From assembly GCA_043807135.1 (NCBI GenBank), contig JAZDGF010000001.1, positions 68,573 through 132,572 on the forward strand: 64,000 nucleotides of DNA, in the 5' to 3' direction. Source of the DNA: Candidatus Levyibacteriota bacterium. GTDB lineage: Bacteria; Patescibacteriota; Microgenomatia; Levybacterales; UBA12049. Both the position numbers and the translations under genes were made by a program. Below, in pieces: positions 10,398-20,014 of this stretch. The stretch's first letter is position 1. Each line of letters starts with the position of its first letter. The notes below the pieces were generated by a model that was not told the DNA's origin, searched no databases, and saw nothing but the letters and a program-made list of their open reading frames with translations.

Positions 10398-12149
10398 ATG
10401 AGAAAGATTTTTCCTTTATTATTTTTAGTTATTCTTTTGTTTTCTTTTTCTTTTGTTAACATATCTAAAAGCTCTTCTGATGAGCTTGAAAATATTACCA
10501 AGCAAATTAATGATTTAACCGATTCTCTAAATCAATCAATCAATGCAACTAAACCTCTTGAATCTCAGCTTAACGCTTTAAAAATTCAAGTTGATCAGAT
10601 AAAAACAAGGATTTCAGTTATTGAAACAGATATTCAGGTTAAGAAAAAAAATATTAACGAAGGATATAAGAACTTAGCAAAGCAACAAGAAATTTTAAAT
10701 AGAACAATTAGAGAGTATTATGTTAAAAGCTATTATAGCTCTCCTATTTTAATTTTTCTGTCTTCAAGTTCTGCATCAGACATAACTCAACTTCTTGCAT
10801 ATCACAGAGCAACAACTAATCGAGATAAAGCAATTATTACAAATATTGCTCTTTCCGTTACAAATCTTGAGGCAAAAAAGAAAAATCTTGAAAGTGAAGA
10901 AATAAGACTTACGGCTGCAAAAGCAGGACTTGATGAACAATCGGCAAAGCTTGATGAAATAGTAACTGGTGCAAAAAATTACCAATCAGACCTCTCAGGT
11001 CAAATTGCCCAGCTTTCTGCAAAACAACATGAGTTACTTGCACAAAAACTAGGCAGCTTAAATCTTCCAACCTCTGCTTATACTACCAAAGGTGGTTGCT
11101 CAAGTGACTTAACAAATGGTAAAGATCCTGGATTTAGTCCTAGGTTTGGATTTTTTAGTTATGGAGTTCCTCATCGAGTAGGCATGAGTCAATACGGTGC
11201 AAAAGGAAGAGCAGAGGCTGGACAATCATATAATGATATTTTAAGCTTTTACTATCCTAACACTCAAATTACTACTGTTGATACCTCAACAAATATTCAT
11301 GTTGTTGGAAATAATGAATACGGACAATCTTTTGATGATAATTGGAACATAGAAGAGTATGTAAAACATATTTATGAAATACCCACAAACTGGCCTTCTA
11401 ATTCTCTAAAAGCTCAGGCAATTGCTGCAAGATCTTACGGGCTTGCTTACACTAATAATGGATCAGGATCAATTTGCCCTTCTCAATCTTGCCAGGTAGT
11501 TAAAAAAGAACTTAATTCAGCTGCGTGGATTCAAGCAGTTGATGACACTGCAGGAAATGTTCTTACAAACGATGGAAATCCGATTAAGGCTTGGTTCTCT
11601 TCTACTGCAGGCGGATATACTTTTGGCTCAGGTGATGTTTGGGGAGGAGGAAATAAGCCGTGGACTAGAAATTCTCTAGATGCATCAGGATCAGTTAATA
11701 GTTTTTCAGATTTACAAAATAATGCTTATGACAAGGCTTCACCTTGGTTTTATTGCAATTGGGGTTCAAGAAGCCAGTATGCAAACACAGCTTGGTTAAA
11801 ATCAGATGAAGTAGCTGATATTGTAAATGTTTTAATGCTTGCTCAAAAAGATTCTTCAACACAAAAACATTTGCCTCAAGTAGACAAGCCAAATCCCGAT
11901 GGAGTAGAAACTTGGGATGCCGGAAGGGTAAAACAAGAATTGTCAAGCAGAGGCGGACAACCCTTTAACAATATTAGCGGAGCGTCAGTTGATTGGGATA
12001 AAGGGAGCGGAAGAACAACCTCAATTAGTTTTAACGGAGATGCAGGATCTGTTAGTTTTTCAGGGCCTGATTTTAAAAATTATTTTAACTTAAGAGCTCC
12101 AAGTAATATAAATATTGTAGGACTGTTGTATAATATCGAGCAGAGGTAG
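10398..12149 (+). CDS. Secreted coiled-coil + SpoIID/LytB-domain lytic transglycosylase-like protein
   Basis: Signal peptide, about 200 aa coiled coil, then HRVGMSQYGA, EEY..IYE...W...LKAQAIAARSY, C....CQV, FSSTAGGYT. Confidence 0.88.
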   Translation: MRKIFPLLFLVILLFSFSFVNISKSSSDELENITKQINDLTDSLNQSINATKPLESQLNALKIQVDQIKTRISVIETDIQVKKKNINEGYKNLAKQQEILNRTIREYYVKSYYSSPILIFLSSSSASDITQLLAYHRATTNRDKAIITNIALSVTNLEAKKKNLESEEIRLTAAKAGLDEQSAKLDEIVTGAKNYQSDLSGQIAQLSAKQHELLAQKLGSLNLPTSAYTTKGGCSSDLTNGKDPGFSPRFGFFSYGVPHRVGMSQYGAKGRAEAGQSYNDILSFYYPNTQITTVDTSTNIHVVGNNEYGQSFDDNWNIEEYVKHIYEIPTNWPSNSLKAQAIAARSYGLAYTNNGSGSICPSQSCQVVKKELNSAAWIQAVDDTAGNVLTNDGNPIKAWFSSTAGGYTFGSGDVWGGGNKPWTRNSLDASGSVNSFSDLQNNAYDKASPWFYCNWGSRSQYANTAWLKSDEVADIVNVLMLAQKDSSTQKHLPQVDKPNPDGVETWDAGRVKQELSSRGGQPFNNISGASVDWDKGSGRTTSISFNGDAGSVSFSGPDFKNYFNLRAPSNINIVGLLYNIEQR

Positions 12150-12150
12150 C

Positions 12151-12843
12151 ATGAAAGATATTTTTATTGCACCTAAGAAAGCAAAAAAGACAAATCAACC
12201 ATTAAGGACACTAAGAAGAGCTGTCGCAAGAAGCACCAGAGATATCAGAAGCGCCAGGAGTACAGAACCTGTTCTTGATGGAAAAAAAGTAGATCTTTTA
12301 ACTTCTTTTAGATTAAAACCTTCAGGTCTTACTTTTAGAGATCAAACTGAAGATGAAGAAATTTTCCTTTTTTTAAGAAGACATATTGTAACTAATGTTC
12401 CTTGGGCTCTCATAACTGCTTTTCTTATTATTTTACCTGCTTTTGGACTTTTAATATTCAATGCTTCACTTCTGCCCTTCAGGGTCCCTCTATCTTATGC
12501 TCTAGTTATCCTTGTTTTTTATTACTTAATAGTAATTACCTTTGCATTTGTTAGTTTTTTAAATTGGTTTTACAACATATCCTTAGTAACTGATAAAAGA
12601 ATTGTGGATATTGATCTCTCAGAGATTATTTATCATGACGTTGCCACAACTAACCTTGACTTAATCGAAGATGTTAGCTATGTTCAATCAGGCTTTATAA
12701 GATCGTTCTTCAACTATGGTGATATTTTTATCCAAACAGCGGGAGAAAAAATGCACTTTGATTTCCTAGCGGTTCCTCATCCTGAGAAGGTAATTGATGT
12801 TGTGCAAAATTTAATGGGAGGAGATAAGAAAAGTGTCCTTTAA
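12151..12843 (+). CDS. Membrane protein with bacterial PH domain
   Basis: Two TM helices then W......VTDKRIVD...IEDVS....G..RSFFNYGDIFIQTAG. Confidence 0.75.
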   Translation: MKDIFIAPKKAKKTNQPLRTLRRAVARSTRDIRSARSTEPVLDGKKVDLLTSFRLKPSGLTFRDQTEDEEIFLFLRRHIVTNVPWALITAFLIILPAFGLLIFNASLLPFRVPLSYALVILVFYYLIVITFAFVSFLNWFYNISLVTDKRIVDIDLSEIIYHDVATTNLDLIEDVSYVQSGFIRSFFNYGDIFIQTAGEKMHFDFLAVPHPEKVIDVVQNLMGGDKKSVL

Positions 12844-13069
12844 CTCAGATCTCCTGCTGGAAATTTTAAAACCTTTTTTGTTAGTAAAAATAGGATTACT
12901 TTGTCTACTTGCTCTTTTTACCATCTTTCAAGTAATTATTCTTAACCAAACAATAACCATGAATAAAACCTTGACGCAGCGTCAAGGATCGGAATTATTA
13001 AAACTTTTTTGTTACATCCTTATCATCTTATCTGTTTCGCTTTTCTTGACAGCTATTGCTATACTATAA
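12833..13069 (+). CDS. Small 2-TM membrane protein (DUF5657-like)
   Basis: 78 aa, two hydrophobic helices around Q...MNKTL; GTG start overlapping upstream gene. Confidence 0.6.
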   Translation: MSFNSDLLLEILKPFLLVKIGLLCLLALFTIFQVIILNQTITMNKTLTQRQGSELLKLFCYILIILSVSLFLTAIAIL

Positions 13070-13073
13070 ATTA

Positions 13074-14885
13074 ATGCCTGACAAAAGCTTCAATTTTGCA
13101 AATATTGTTGCTACTCCAACCCTTAATTCCTGGGCTCAGGCATATAATGCCGGAAAATTGTTTGCTGTTCTATCACTTGAGAAAAAACATCATGAAAAAG
13201 TTCACGGGGAGCATGAACATCACGAACCTGTTAAAAACTTCGAACCTGAAGACGAACACTTATCTTTAAGTGGAATTGGGAAAGAAATATTAACAACACT
13301 TGAGCAAGAATATTTTTCCCTGGAAACAAAAAGTTTAGAATCTATTAAAGGTGTTGTTCAGATTGCGACCAAAAAAATACCTGATGATATTCATTATTCA
13401 TTTGTTGCCGCAACTGTTGTTGACAATATTCTTTATCTATATGCTATTGGCGGAGGAAAAATTGACATAAAAAGAGATAATGATTTTGGAACTCTTTTGG
13501 AAAGCATGCAGGAAGAACATATAAAATCGGCTTCAGGGTATCTTAAAGACAAGGATCTTATTATTATCCAGACCAAACAGTTTACAGAAGTAATTAATAG
13601 TGAAAAGTTAAACTCACTTTTAGACCATCAAGCTCCTTCTGATATTTCAGAAGCAATTGCTCCAATGCTTCACGAAGGAGAGGAGGGAGCAGCTGCTTCA
13701 GTAGTAATTCAATATTCAAAAGAGGAAGACACAGAAGATCAATCAGTTGAAGCAGAAGAAATAGACAAAAAAGAAGTTACGCTAGAGGCATCTGAAGAAA
13801 AACAAGAAACAGAAGATCATTCTCCTTTTGAAGAAAAACCCAAAAAAAATTATTTGGGTTTTGTTACTCCTTTTTTTGACAGAGTTAAAGGAAGTGGGAA
13901 AATCAAGTTTTCCCGCTCAAAAGGCGGGCTTATTGCAATAGCGATTGTTTTAATCACAGTTTTTATTATCGGTATTTTCCTAAATATTCAAAGGCAAAAT
14001 AATGTAAAAGTCGAAGCTCTTTTTAATGAAGTCTATCCTCAAGCTCAGAAAAAATACGATGAGGGGCAAAGTCTTTCTGATCTAAACCAAAATCTAGCAA
14101 GAGAAAGTTTTCAAGAAGCTAAGGAAATATTAAGTGATGCAAAAGACAAGTTTCCAAAAGATTCAAAACAAGAGGGTCAAATTGAAGAACTGACAAAAAA
14201 AGTAGAGGACGCTCTCTCTTCAGTTTCTGGCATTAACTCTATATCTGCAAAAGAAGTTGAGAATGATGCAAGCAGTCTTCTCTCTTTTGAACTTGATAAT
14301 TCAGGAATTGCATTTACAACAGATGGAAAAAGCAATTTCTACTTAACTGATAAAAGCGTATATAAAGAAGATAAAGAAATTATTGAAAACGATGATGACT
14401 GGAATAATCCAATAGGTCTTGGGGTGTATTTTGGAAATATTTATGTTTTAGATAAAACAGAGGGTGGAATTTTAAAATTTGTTGCTGCAGGATCTGGATA
14501 TTCTAAAACAAACTACTTTGCTTCAGGTGTTTCTCCTGAACTTTCAAATGCAAAAGCAATGGCTATTGATGGCTCAATTTGGATTCTTTTATCTGACGGT
14601 AATGTTCTTAAATACACCCGAGGTAAAGCAGATAATTTTAACATCTCAGGCCTTGATAAGCCGTTTTCAAACGCAACTAAGCTTTTTACTAATATTGATT
14701 TCGACAATATCTACATTTTAGATAACGGAAACAGTCGGATTGTTGTTTTAGGTAAAGACGGAAATTACAAAGAGCAATATCAGACAGGCATCTTAAAAGA
14801 TGCTAAAGATTTTGAAGTAAATGAAAGTGATAAAAAAATTCTTGTTTTATCTTCAGATAAGATTTTTCAAATTGATTTAAAATAA
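13074..14885 (+). CDS. Bitopic protein: degenerate PP2C-like domain, TM, extracellular NHL/beta-propeller
   Basis: N-terminal LYLYAIGGG.I.I.R...G.L...SASGYLKDKD.III pattern; TM near aa 290; C-terminal YFGNIYVLD, AIDGSIWIL, IYILD.GNSRIVV repeats; ATG 13074 preferred. Confidence 0.7.
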   Translation: MPDKSFNFANIVATPTLNSWAQAYNAGKLFAVLSLEKKHHEKVHGEHEHHEPVKNFEPEDEHLSLSGIGKEILTTLEQEYFSLETKSLESIKGVVQIATKKIPDDIHYSFVAATVVDNILYLYAIGGGKIDIKRDNDFGTLLESMQEEHIKSASGYLKDKDLIIIQTKQFTEVINSEKLNSLLDHQAPSDISEAIAPMLHEGEEGAAASVVIQYSKEEDTEDQSVEAEEIDKKEVTLEASEEKQETEDHSPFEEKPKKNYLGFVTPFFDRVKGSGKIKFSRSKGGLIAIAIVLITVFIIGIFLNIQRQNNVKVEALFNEVYPQAQKKYDEGQSLSDLNQNLARESFQEAKEILSDAKDKFPKDSKQEGQIEELTKKVEDALSSVSGINSISAKEVENDASSLLSFELDNSGIAFTTDGKSNFYLTDKSVYKEDKEIIENDDDWNNPIGLGVYFGNIYVLDKTEGGILKFVAAGSGYSKTNYFASGVSPELSNAKAMAIDGSIWILLSDGNVLKYTRGKADNFNISGLDKPFSNATKLFTNIDFDNIYILDNGNSRIVVLGKDGNYKEQYQTGILKDAKDFEVNESDKKILVLSSDKIFQIDLK

Positions 14886-15014
14886 TCTTAAGCAGCTTCT
14901 CTTAATCTTTTCAATTTCTGTCAAAACTACCATTGATCTTTAAGCTAAAATATAGTTTGCAATACTAGAATTGTCAAATTTTACATTTTCTTTTTATTAT
15001 CGTATTATCAAGCT

Positions 15015-15461
15015 ATGAAAATTTATAATAAGCGAGCTCGTTTTGATTATGATATTAAAGAAACTTTTGAAGCAGGGATTAATCTTTACGGTGCTGAGGT
15101 AAAAGCAATAAGACTTAATCAAGTAGATATTAACGGAAGCCACGTTAGGATTATGGAGTCTGAGGCGTATTTAATCGGTGCAAAAATTTATCCTTATAAA
15201 TATGCAAGGCCTGAAGGATATACAGAGGCCAGAACCAGAAAATTACTTCTCCATAAAAAGCAAATTATTTCTCTAAAGTCAAAGATTGATGGACTTGGGC
15301 TTTCCTTAGTTGCTGTTTCGCTTTATACAAAAGGACATTTAATAAAAGTGGGAGTGGGTCTTGGGAAAGGTAAGAAAAAATATCAAAAAAAAGAAACAAT
15401 TAAGAAAAGAGATGTCCAAAGAGACATTGAACAGGAGCTTAAATTAGCTTCAAAAAGTTGA
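15015..15461 (+). CDS. smpB: SsrA-binding protein SmpB
   Basis: NKRARFDY...EAGI.L.G.EVKAIR, RTRKLLLHKKQI, GKGKK; directly upstream of tmRNA. Confidence 0.97.
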   Translation: MKIYNKRARFDYDIKETFEAGINLYGAEVKAIRLNQVDINGSHVRIMESEAYLIGAKIYPYKYARPEGYTEARTRKLLLHKKQIISLKSKIDGLGLSLVAVSLYTKGHLIKVGVGLGKGKKKYQKKETIKKRDVQRDIEQELKLASKS

Positions 15462-15486
15462 CTTTTGGGCATAAATAGCGTATAAT
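15458..15486 (+). promoter_or_regulatory. Sigma70 promoter of ssrA
   Basis: TTGACT-17 nt-TATAAT ending 11 nt before the tmRNA 5' end. Confidence 0.8.
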
Positions 15487-15497
15487 TCCTAATTAGC

Positions 15498-15859
15498 GGG
15501 GATGAATTGACTCGACAAGATTGTACTTTAAAAAATTGCAAGCCGACACGATTAAAGTCGTTAAATCGATCAAAAATATAAATGCAGACTATTCTTATAG
15601 TCGTGGTCCAAAACTCGCTTACGCATTTGCTTAAGCAAGCTAAGACCTGTCTGTATATTTCACCCAACGGGAATATATAGGCACAAATTTAGTTGGGAAA
15701 ACAGTAAGGAAACGGTTATATCCTTACTTTGAATTTATAACCTAACCTTATTCTCTCCTGTCGATTGGATTAAGAATAAGGAGATTTAAAAAATCGACTA
15801 CGCTTGTAGAAGTTTTTTATTGTTATTCTTGGACTCCGGTTCACTGCCGGACATCTCCA
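15498..15859 (+). ncRNA. ssrA: tmRNA; predicted tag (A)ADYSYSRGPKLAYAFA* at 15584-15634
   Basis: 5' GGGGATG pairs with 3' CATCTCC-A including G3:U70; CTCGAC/GGAC; T-arm TCCGG-TTCACTG-CCGGA; ATAAAT-GCA resume context; adjacent to smpB. Confidence 0.95.
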
Positions 15860-15892
15860 CAGAAAAACACGCGAAGGCGGGTTTTCTTATTA

Positions 15893-16603
15893 TTAACTTT
15901 TTGCAAGAGTAAGTCCTATTACTCTTTTTATTTTCCCTTTCTTTAACACTTTTGCCGCTTCCAACAAAGTTGAACCAGTAATAACAAAATCATCTACTAA
16001 AAATATATTTAAATTTGACGAATTAAGCTTTGCAACTGACTTATTTAAAGCAAATGCTCCGCTAATATTATCTCTTCTTCCTTTCTTCCCTTTTATTTTT
16101 GCTTGAGGCTTGGTATTTATTATTTTTTTTAGTAAACTTTCTGTTCTTATACCCATTCTTTTTCCTAATTCTTTTGCTAAAATTTCTGCCTGGTTATAAC
16201 CTCTTTTTTTAAAAACAGAGGAATGAAGAGGAATGTAAGTTATTGTCCACTTATTTTTTGGTATTTCTTTTAATTCGTAATTAAATGCTTCGTTTTGAAT
16301 TAAATCTTCGAAGAAAAAATCTGATAAAACTTTTTTAAGATCTGTTAAGTATGGTTTATTTTTAAAACTGTAAATTAATTTTTGAGTTGTTTTACTTAAA
16401 TAAAGACTTGAAAAACAACCATCAATCGTATGGTCTTTTAAACATTTTTTATGAGTAAGTCCGTTTATTGAAGGTTTTTTACAAGCAAAACAGGTGTTTT
16501 TTACATCAAACGAAAGAAAGGAAAAGCAATTATCGCAAATATAATTCCTTTCTTTTTTACAAACTACACATTTTTTAGGAAAGACAAAATCAAGAAAACC
16601 CAT
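15893..16603 (-). CDS. comF: ComF family double zinc ribbon / phosphoribosyltransferase-like competence protein
   Basis: FPKKCVVC..C..C..C..C, IPLH...RGYNQAE.LA, LVDD...TGSTL. Confidence 0.9.
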   Translation of the reverse strand: MGFLDFVFPKKCVVCKKERNYICDNCFSFLSFDVKNTCFACKKPSINGLTHKKCLKDHTIDGCFSSLYLSKTTQKLIYSFKNKPYLTDLKKVLSDFFFEDLIQNEAFNYELKEIPKNKWTITYIPLHSSVFKKRGYNQAEILAKELGKRMGIRTESLLKKIINTKPQAKIKGKKGRRDNISGAFALNKSVAKLNSSNLNIFLVDDFVITGSTLLEAAKVLKKGKIKRVIGLTLAKS

Positions 16604-16641
16604 ATTGGATACTCTACACTAAATACTATATACTAATTTTA

Positions 16642-17202
16642 ATGGCCAAACTTTATATCTTTCGTCACGGACAAACTACTGATAATTTATCACATACTTT
16701 TTCAGGTAAAAGAGATGTTGATTTAACACCTGGGGGAGAAGAAGAAGCAAAAAGGATTGGAAAAGAACTATCAAATATTATTCCAACAATTGCTTATCAA
16801 TCAGAACAACTCAGATCGAAAAGAACACTGGATTTAGTTTTAGAAGGAAAAAAAGAAGGTCTTAAGATTATTGAGGACAAAAGAATTAGAGAGCGTGATT
16901 ATGGAGATTTAACAGGTAAAAACAAAGATGAAATTGCAAAAAAATTTCCTGATAAATATCCACTTTGGCATAGATCCTACGATACTCCACCTCCAAATGG
17001 AGAATCAATAAAAGATGTTTCAGACAGAGTGCTTTCTTTTTTAAAGGATGAGTTGCCAAAATGGGAAGAAGAAGACGTTATTTTTATCTCTGCTTCCGGA
17101 AATTCAATTCGACCAATGAGAATGTATTTTGAAAAGCTAACTCCTAAAGAAGCTTGTTTTTACGAAAATATTCGAGGGAAAGTCTATAGTTACGACATTT
17201 AA
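16642..17202 (+). CDS. Histidine phosphatase family, dPGM (GpmA)-like
   Basis: FRHGQT..N....FSG..DVDLT, ERDYGDLTGKNK, RSYD.PPPNGES; second His motif reads ASGNSIR. Confidence 0.85.
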   Translation: MAKLYIFRHGQTTDNLSHTFSGKRDVDLTPGGEEEAKRIGKELSNIIPTIAYQSEQLRSKRTLDLVLEGKKEGLKIIEDKRIRERDYGDLTGKNKDEIAKKFPDKYPLWHRSYDTPPPNGESIKDVSDRVLSFLKDELPKWEEEDVIFISASGNSIRPMRMYFEKLTPKEACFYENIRGKVYSYDI

Positions 17203-17210
17203 TTGATCTG

Positions 17211-17294
17211 CGGAGAGTATGGGAGTCGAACCCATTCAGGGCAAAGCCCTGCAGGTTTAGCAAACCTGTCTCGTAACCGTCTGAGTCACTCTCC
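17211..17294 (-). tRNA. tRNA-Ser(GCT)
   Basis: GGAGAGT/ACTCTCC acceptor, CAGGT-TTGCTAA-ACCTG anticodon arm, long variable arm CAGGGC-TTT-GCCCTG, GGTTCGACTCC T-arm, G73. Confidence 0.92.
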
Positions 17295-17336
17295 TTTTAC
17301 CTAACTATTATATCATTTTTTTGTTATTATTAATTA

Positions 17337-19907
17337 ATGGATGAAATTTTAGAAAAAGCACAAGGTCTTTCTTCAAAAGAGGTTTTAGAAAGATTAAAAA
17401 AACACGGACTTAACGAACTCCCTTCTCAGAAAAATAAAAATGTTTTTTCCATGTTTTTTAAACTTATTAAAGAGCCAATGCTGCTTCTTCTTATGGCAGC
17501 AGGAGGAATTTATCTCCTTTTAGGAGAACCACGAGATGCCTCTATGCTTTTGGCAATGATATTTCTAGTTATTGGAACTACAGTTTATCAAGAAAGGAAA
17601 ACAGAAAAAGCACTTGAAGCTTTAAAAGGATTATCTAGTCCAAGAGCTTTAGTTGTAAGAAATGGAGAACAGATAAGAATTGCCGGAAAAGAAGTTGTTA
17701 TTGATGATTTTATAATTCTTCGGGAGGGAGATAGAGTTCCTGCTGACGCTTTGATTATCTTACAAAGAAACTTAATGCTTGATGAATCTCTTCTTACAGG
17801 AGAATCTCTTGCTGTTAACAAGTCCGATTGGGATAAAAAAACAGACCCAAGTCACTACAAAGCAGGAGGAGAAAAGATTCCTCTTGTTTTCTCTGGAACC
17901 ATGGTTACTCAAGGGCACGGACTTGCAAGAGTGCTAAAAATAGGCATTCAAACTGAAATGGGGAAAATCGGAAAATCGCTTCAGGGAATTCGTGAAGAAG
18001 ACACTTTGCTCAAAAGAGAAATAAATAAGTTAGTTAAGCTTTTTGCGATCTGGAGTGCATTTCTTTGCACGCTTGTAGTTATTTTGTATTTTCTTCTCAG
18101 AGGTAATCTTTTAGAAGGGATTCTTTCTGGAGTTTCTCTTAGTATGTCTTTAATTCCTGAGGAATTTCCAATTGTTTTTATTGTTTTTATGACTCTGGGA
18201 GCATGGAGAATTTCAAAAAGAAATGTCTTAACCAGAAACACTGCTGCAATTGAAACGCTAGGCGCTGCAAAAGTCTTGTGCGTAGATAAAACAGGCACAA
18301 TTACATTTAATAAAATGCAGCTTGAAACTTTAGTTGCAGAAGAAAGCGAAGTTAGCTTAGAAGATAAAAATGTGCTTGATGAAAAATTTCATCATCTTTT
18401 AGAATACGGCATTCTTGCTAGTCAAAAAGACCCGTTTGATCCGATTGAGAAAGAAATAAGAACTGCTGGGACAGAAATTCTTAAAAAAGATAAGCATCAA
18501 CATTTACATAAAAACTGGAATTTAATAAAAGAATATCCTTTGTCAAAGCATTTATTTGCACTTTCCCATGTTTGGGAATCACCTGACAAAAATAACTATG
18601 TAATTGCTGCTAAAGGAGCACCTGAATCTATTTTTGATCTCTGTCACCTTGAAGATGCAAAACAAAAAGAATTATTTAAAAAAGTCCAATCTTTATCAGA
18701 AAAGGGAATGAGGCTTATTGCAGTTGCCAAAGCAGAAACCAACAAAAAATCGCTTCCTAAAAGCCAACACGCTTTTAATTTTGAATTTATAGGACTATTA
18801 GCTTTCTCAGATCCAGTAAGACCAAGTATAAATCAAGCAATTAATGAATGTTACCAAGCAGGAATAAGAGTAATTATGATTACCGGTGATTACCCAGGAA
18901 CTGCTCAGTTTATAGGAAAAAAGATTGGACTTGGAAATGCTGATAAATATCTTACCGGAGAAGATATTGCAAAAATGGATGAATCCCAGTTAAGACAAGA
19001 AATAAAAGATGTGAATATTTTTGCAAGAGTAGTACCTGAGCAAAAACTTCTAATTGTAAAAGCTTTAAAAGCAAATGGAGAAATAGTTGCTATGACCGGA
19101 GACGGCGTTAATGACGCACCTGCTTTAAAAGCGGCTCACATTGGAATTGCCATGGGTGAGCGAGGAACCGATGTTGCAAGAGAAACAGCTGATCTTGTCT
19201 TATTAAAAGATGATTTTGCATCAATTGTTGAAGCAATAAAACTAGGAAGAAGAATTTTTGATAATTTAAAAAAAGCAATTGCATACATTATGGCTATTCA
19301 CGTGCCAATTGCCGGAATGACACTTCTACCAATTGTTCTAAATCTTCCTATTGTTCTTTTTCCTGCACATATTGCATTTCTTGAACTTATTGTTGACCCA
19401 TCTTCAAGTATTGTTTTTGAGGCAGAACCGGCTGAAAGAAATACTATGAATAGACCACCAAGAAGCCTTCGATCTCCAATATTTGATAAAAGAGCGTTTG
19501 CTATTAGTATGTTACAAGGAATAAGTGCTTTATCAATTGTCTTTATCGTCTATATGTTTTCTTTATATCTTGGTAAAGGAGAGGAAGAAACAAGAACTTT
19601 AACTTTTGCAACTATTGTATTTTCCAACTTAATGCTTGTTATAACAAATCTTTCTTGGTCAAAAAGTTTTATTAGCGTATTTCTTGAGAAAAATAAAGCG
19701 CTCTATGGAATACTCTCTCTTGCTTTTTTCTTCTTAGCGCTAATTATTTACTTACCTTTCTTCCAGGGCTTATTTCATTTTACAGCTCTTGGCTTAGACG
19801 ATATTATTATTGCGCTAGTCGCAGGAATTATAACCGTGCTCTGGTTTGAAGGGTTTAAAACTGTTATTCAGAAAAAAAAACTTTCTAAATTGCCTACACG
19901 AACCTAA
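17337..19907 (+). CDS. Cation-transporting P-type ATPase (type II, Ca2+-like)
   Basis: TGES, PEEFP, DKTGT, KGAPE, TGD, FAR..PEQK, GDGVNDAPALK. Confidence 0.95.
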   Translation: MDEILEKAQGLSSKEVLERLKKHGLNELPSQKNKNVFSMFFKLIKEPMLLLLMAAGGIYLLLGEPRDASMLLAMIFLVIGTTVYQERKTEKALEALKGLSSPRALVVRNGEQIRIAGKEVVIDDFIILREGDRVPADALIILQRNLMLDESLLTGESLAVNKSDWDKKTDPSHYKAGGEKIPLVFSGTMVTQGHGLARVLKIGIQTEMGKIGKSLQGIREEDTLLKREINKLVKLFAIWSAFLCTLVVILYFLLRGNLLEGILSGVSLSMSLIPEEFPIVFIVFMTLGAWRISKRNVLTRNTAAIETLGAAKVLCVDKTGTITFNKMQLETLVAEESEVSLEDKNVLDEKFHHLLEYGILASQKDPFDPIEKEIRTAGTEILKKDKHQHLHKNWNLIKEYPLSKHLFALSHVWESPDKNNYVIAAKGAPESIFDLCHLEDAKQKELFKKVQSLSEKGMRLIAVAKAETNKKSLPKSQHAFNFEFIGLLAFSDPVRPSINQAINECYQAGIRVIMITGDYPGTAQFIGKKIGLGNADKYLTGEDIAKMDESQLRQEIKDVNIFARVVPEQKLLIVKALKANGEIVAMTGDGVNDAPALKAAHIGIAMGERGTDVARETADLVLLKDDFASIVEAIKLGRRIFDNLKKAIAYIMAIHVPIAGMTLLPIVLNLPIVLFPAHIAFLELIVDPSSSIVFEAEPAERNTMNRPPRSLRSPIFDKRAFAISMLQGISALSIVFIVYMFSLYLGKGEEETRTLTFATIVFSNLMLVITNLSWSKSFISVFLEKNKALYGILSLAFFFLALIIYLPFFQGLFHFTALGLDDIIIALVAGIITVLWFEGFKTVIQKKKLSKLPTRT

Positions 19908-19927
19908 TTTGATATACTCAGGTTCGT

Positions 19928-20014
19928 GGTGAGGTGCTGGAGCGGCCGATCAGGATAGTCTTGAAAACTATTAAGAGTGCAAGCTCTTCGTGGGTTCGAA
20001 TCCCACCCTCACCG
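19928..20014 (+). tRNA. tRNA-Ser(TGA)
   Basis: GGTGAGG/CCTCACC acceptor, ATAGT-CTTGAAA-ACTAT, variable arm AAGAG-TGCAAG-CTCTT, GGTTCGAATCC. Confidence 0.96.

Noticed and set aside
15383-15667. 94-aa minus-strand ORF
   Set aside because: Antisense to the smpB end and tmRNA; no protein features.
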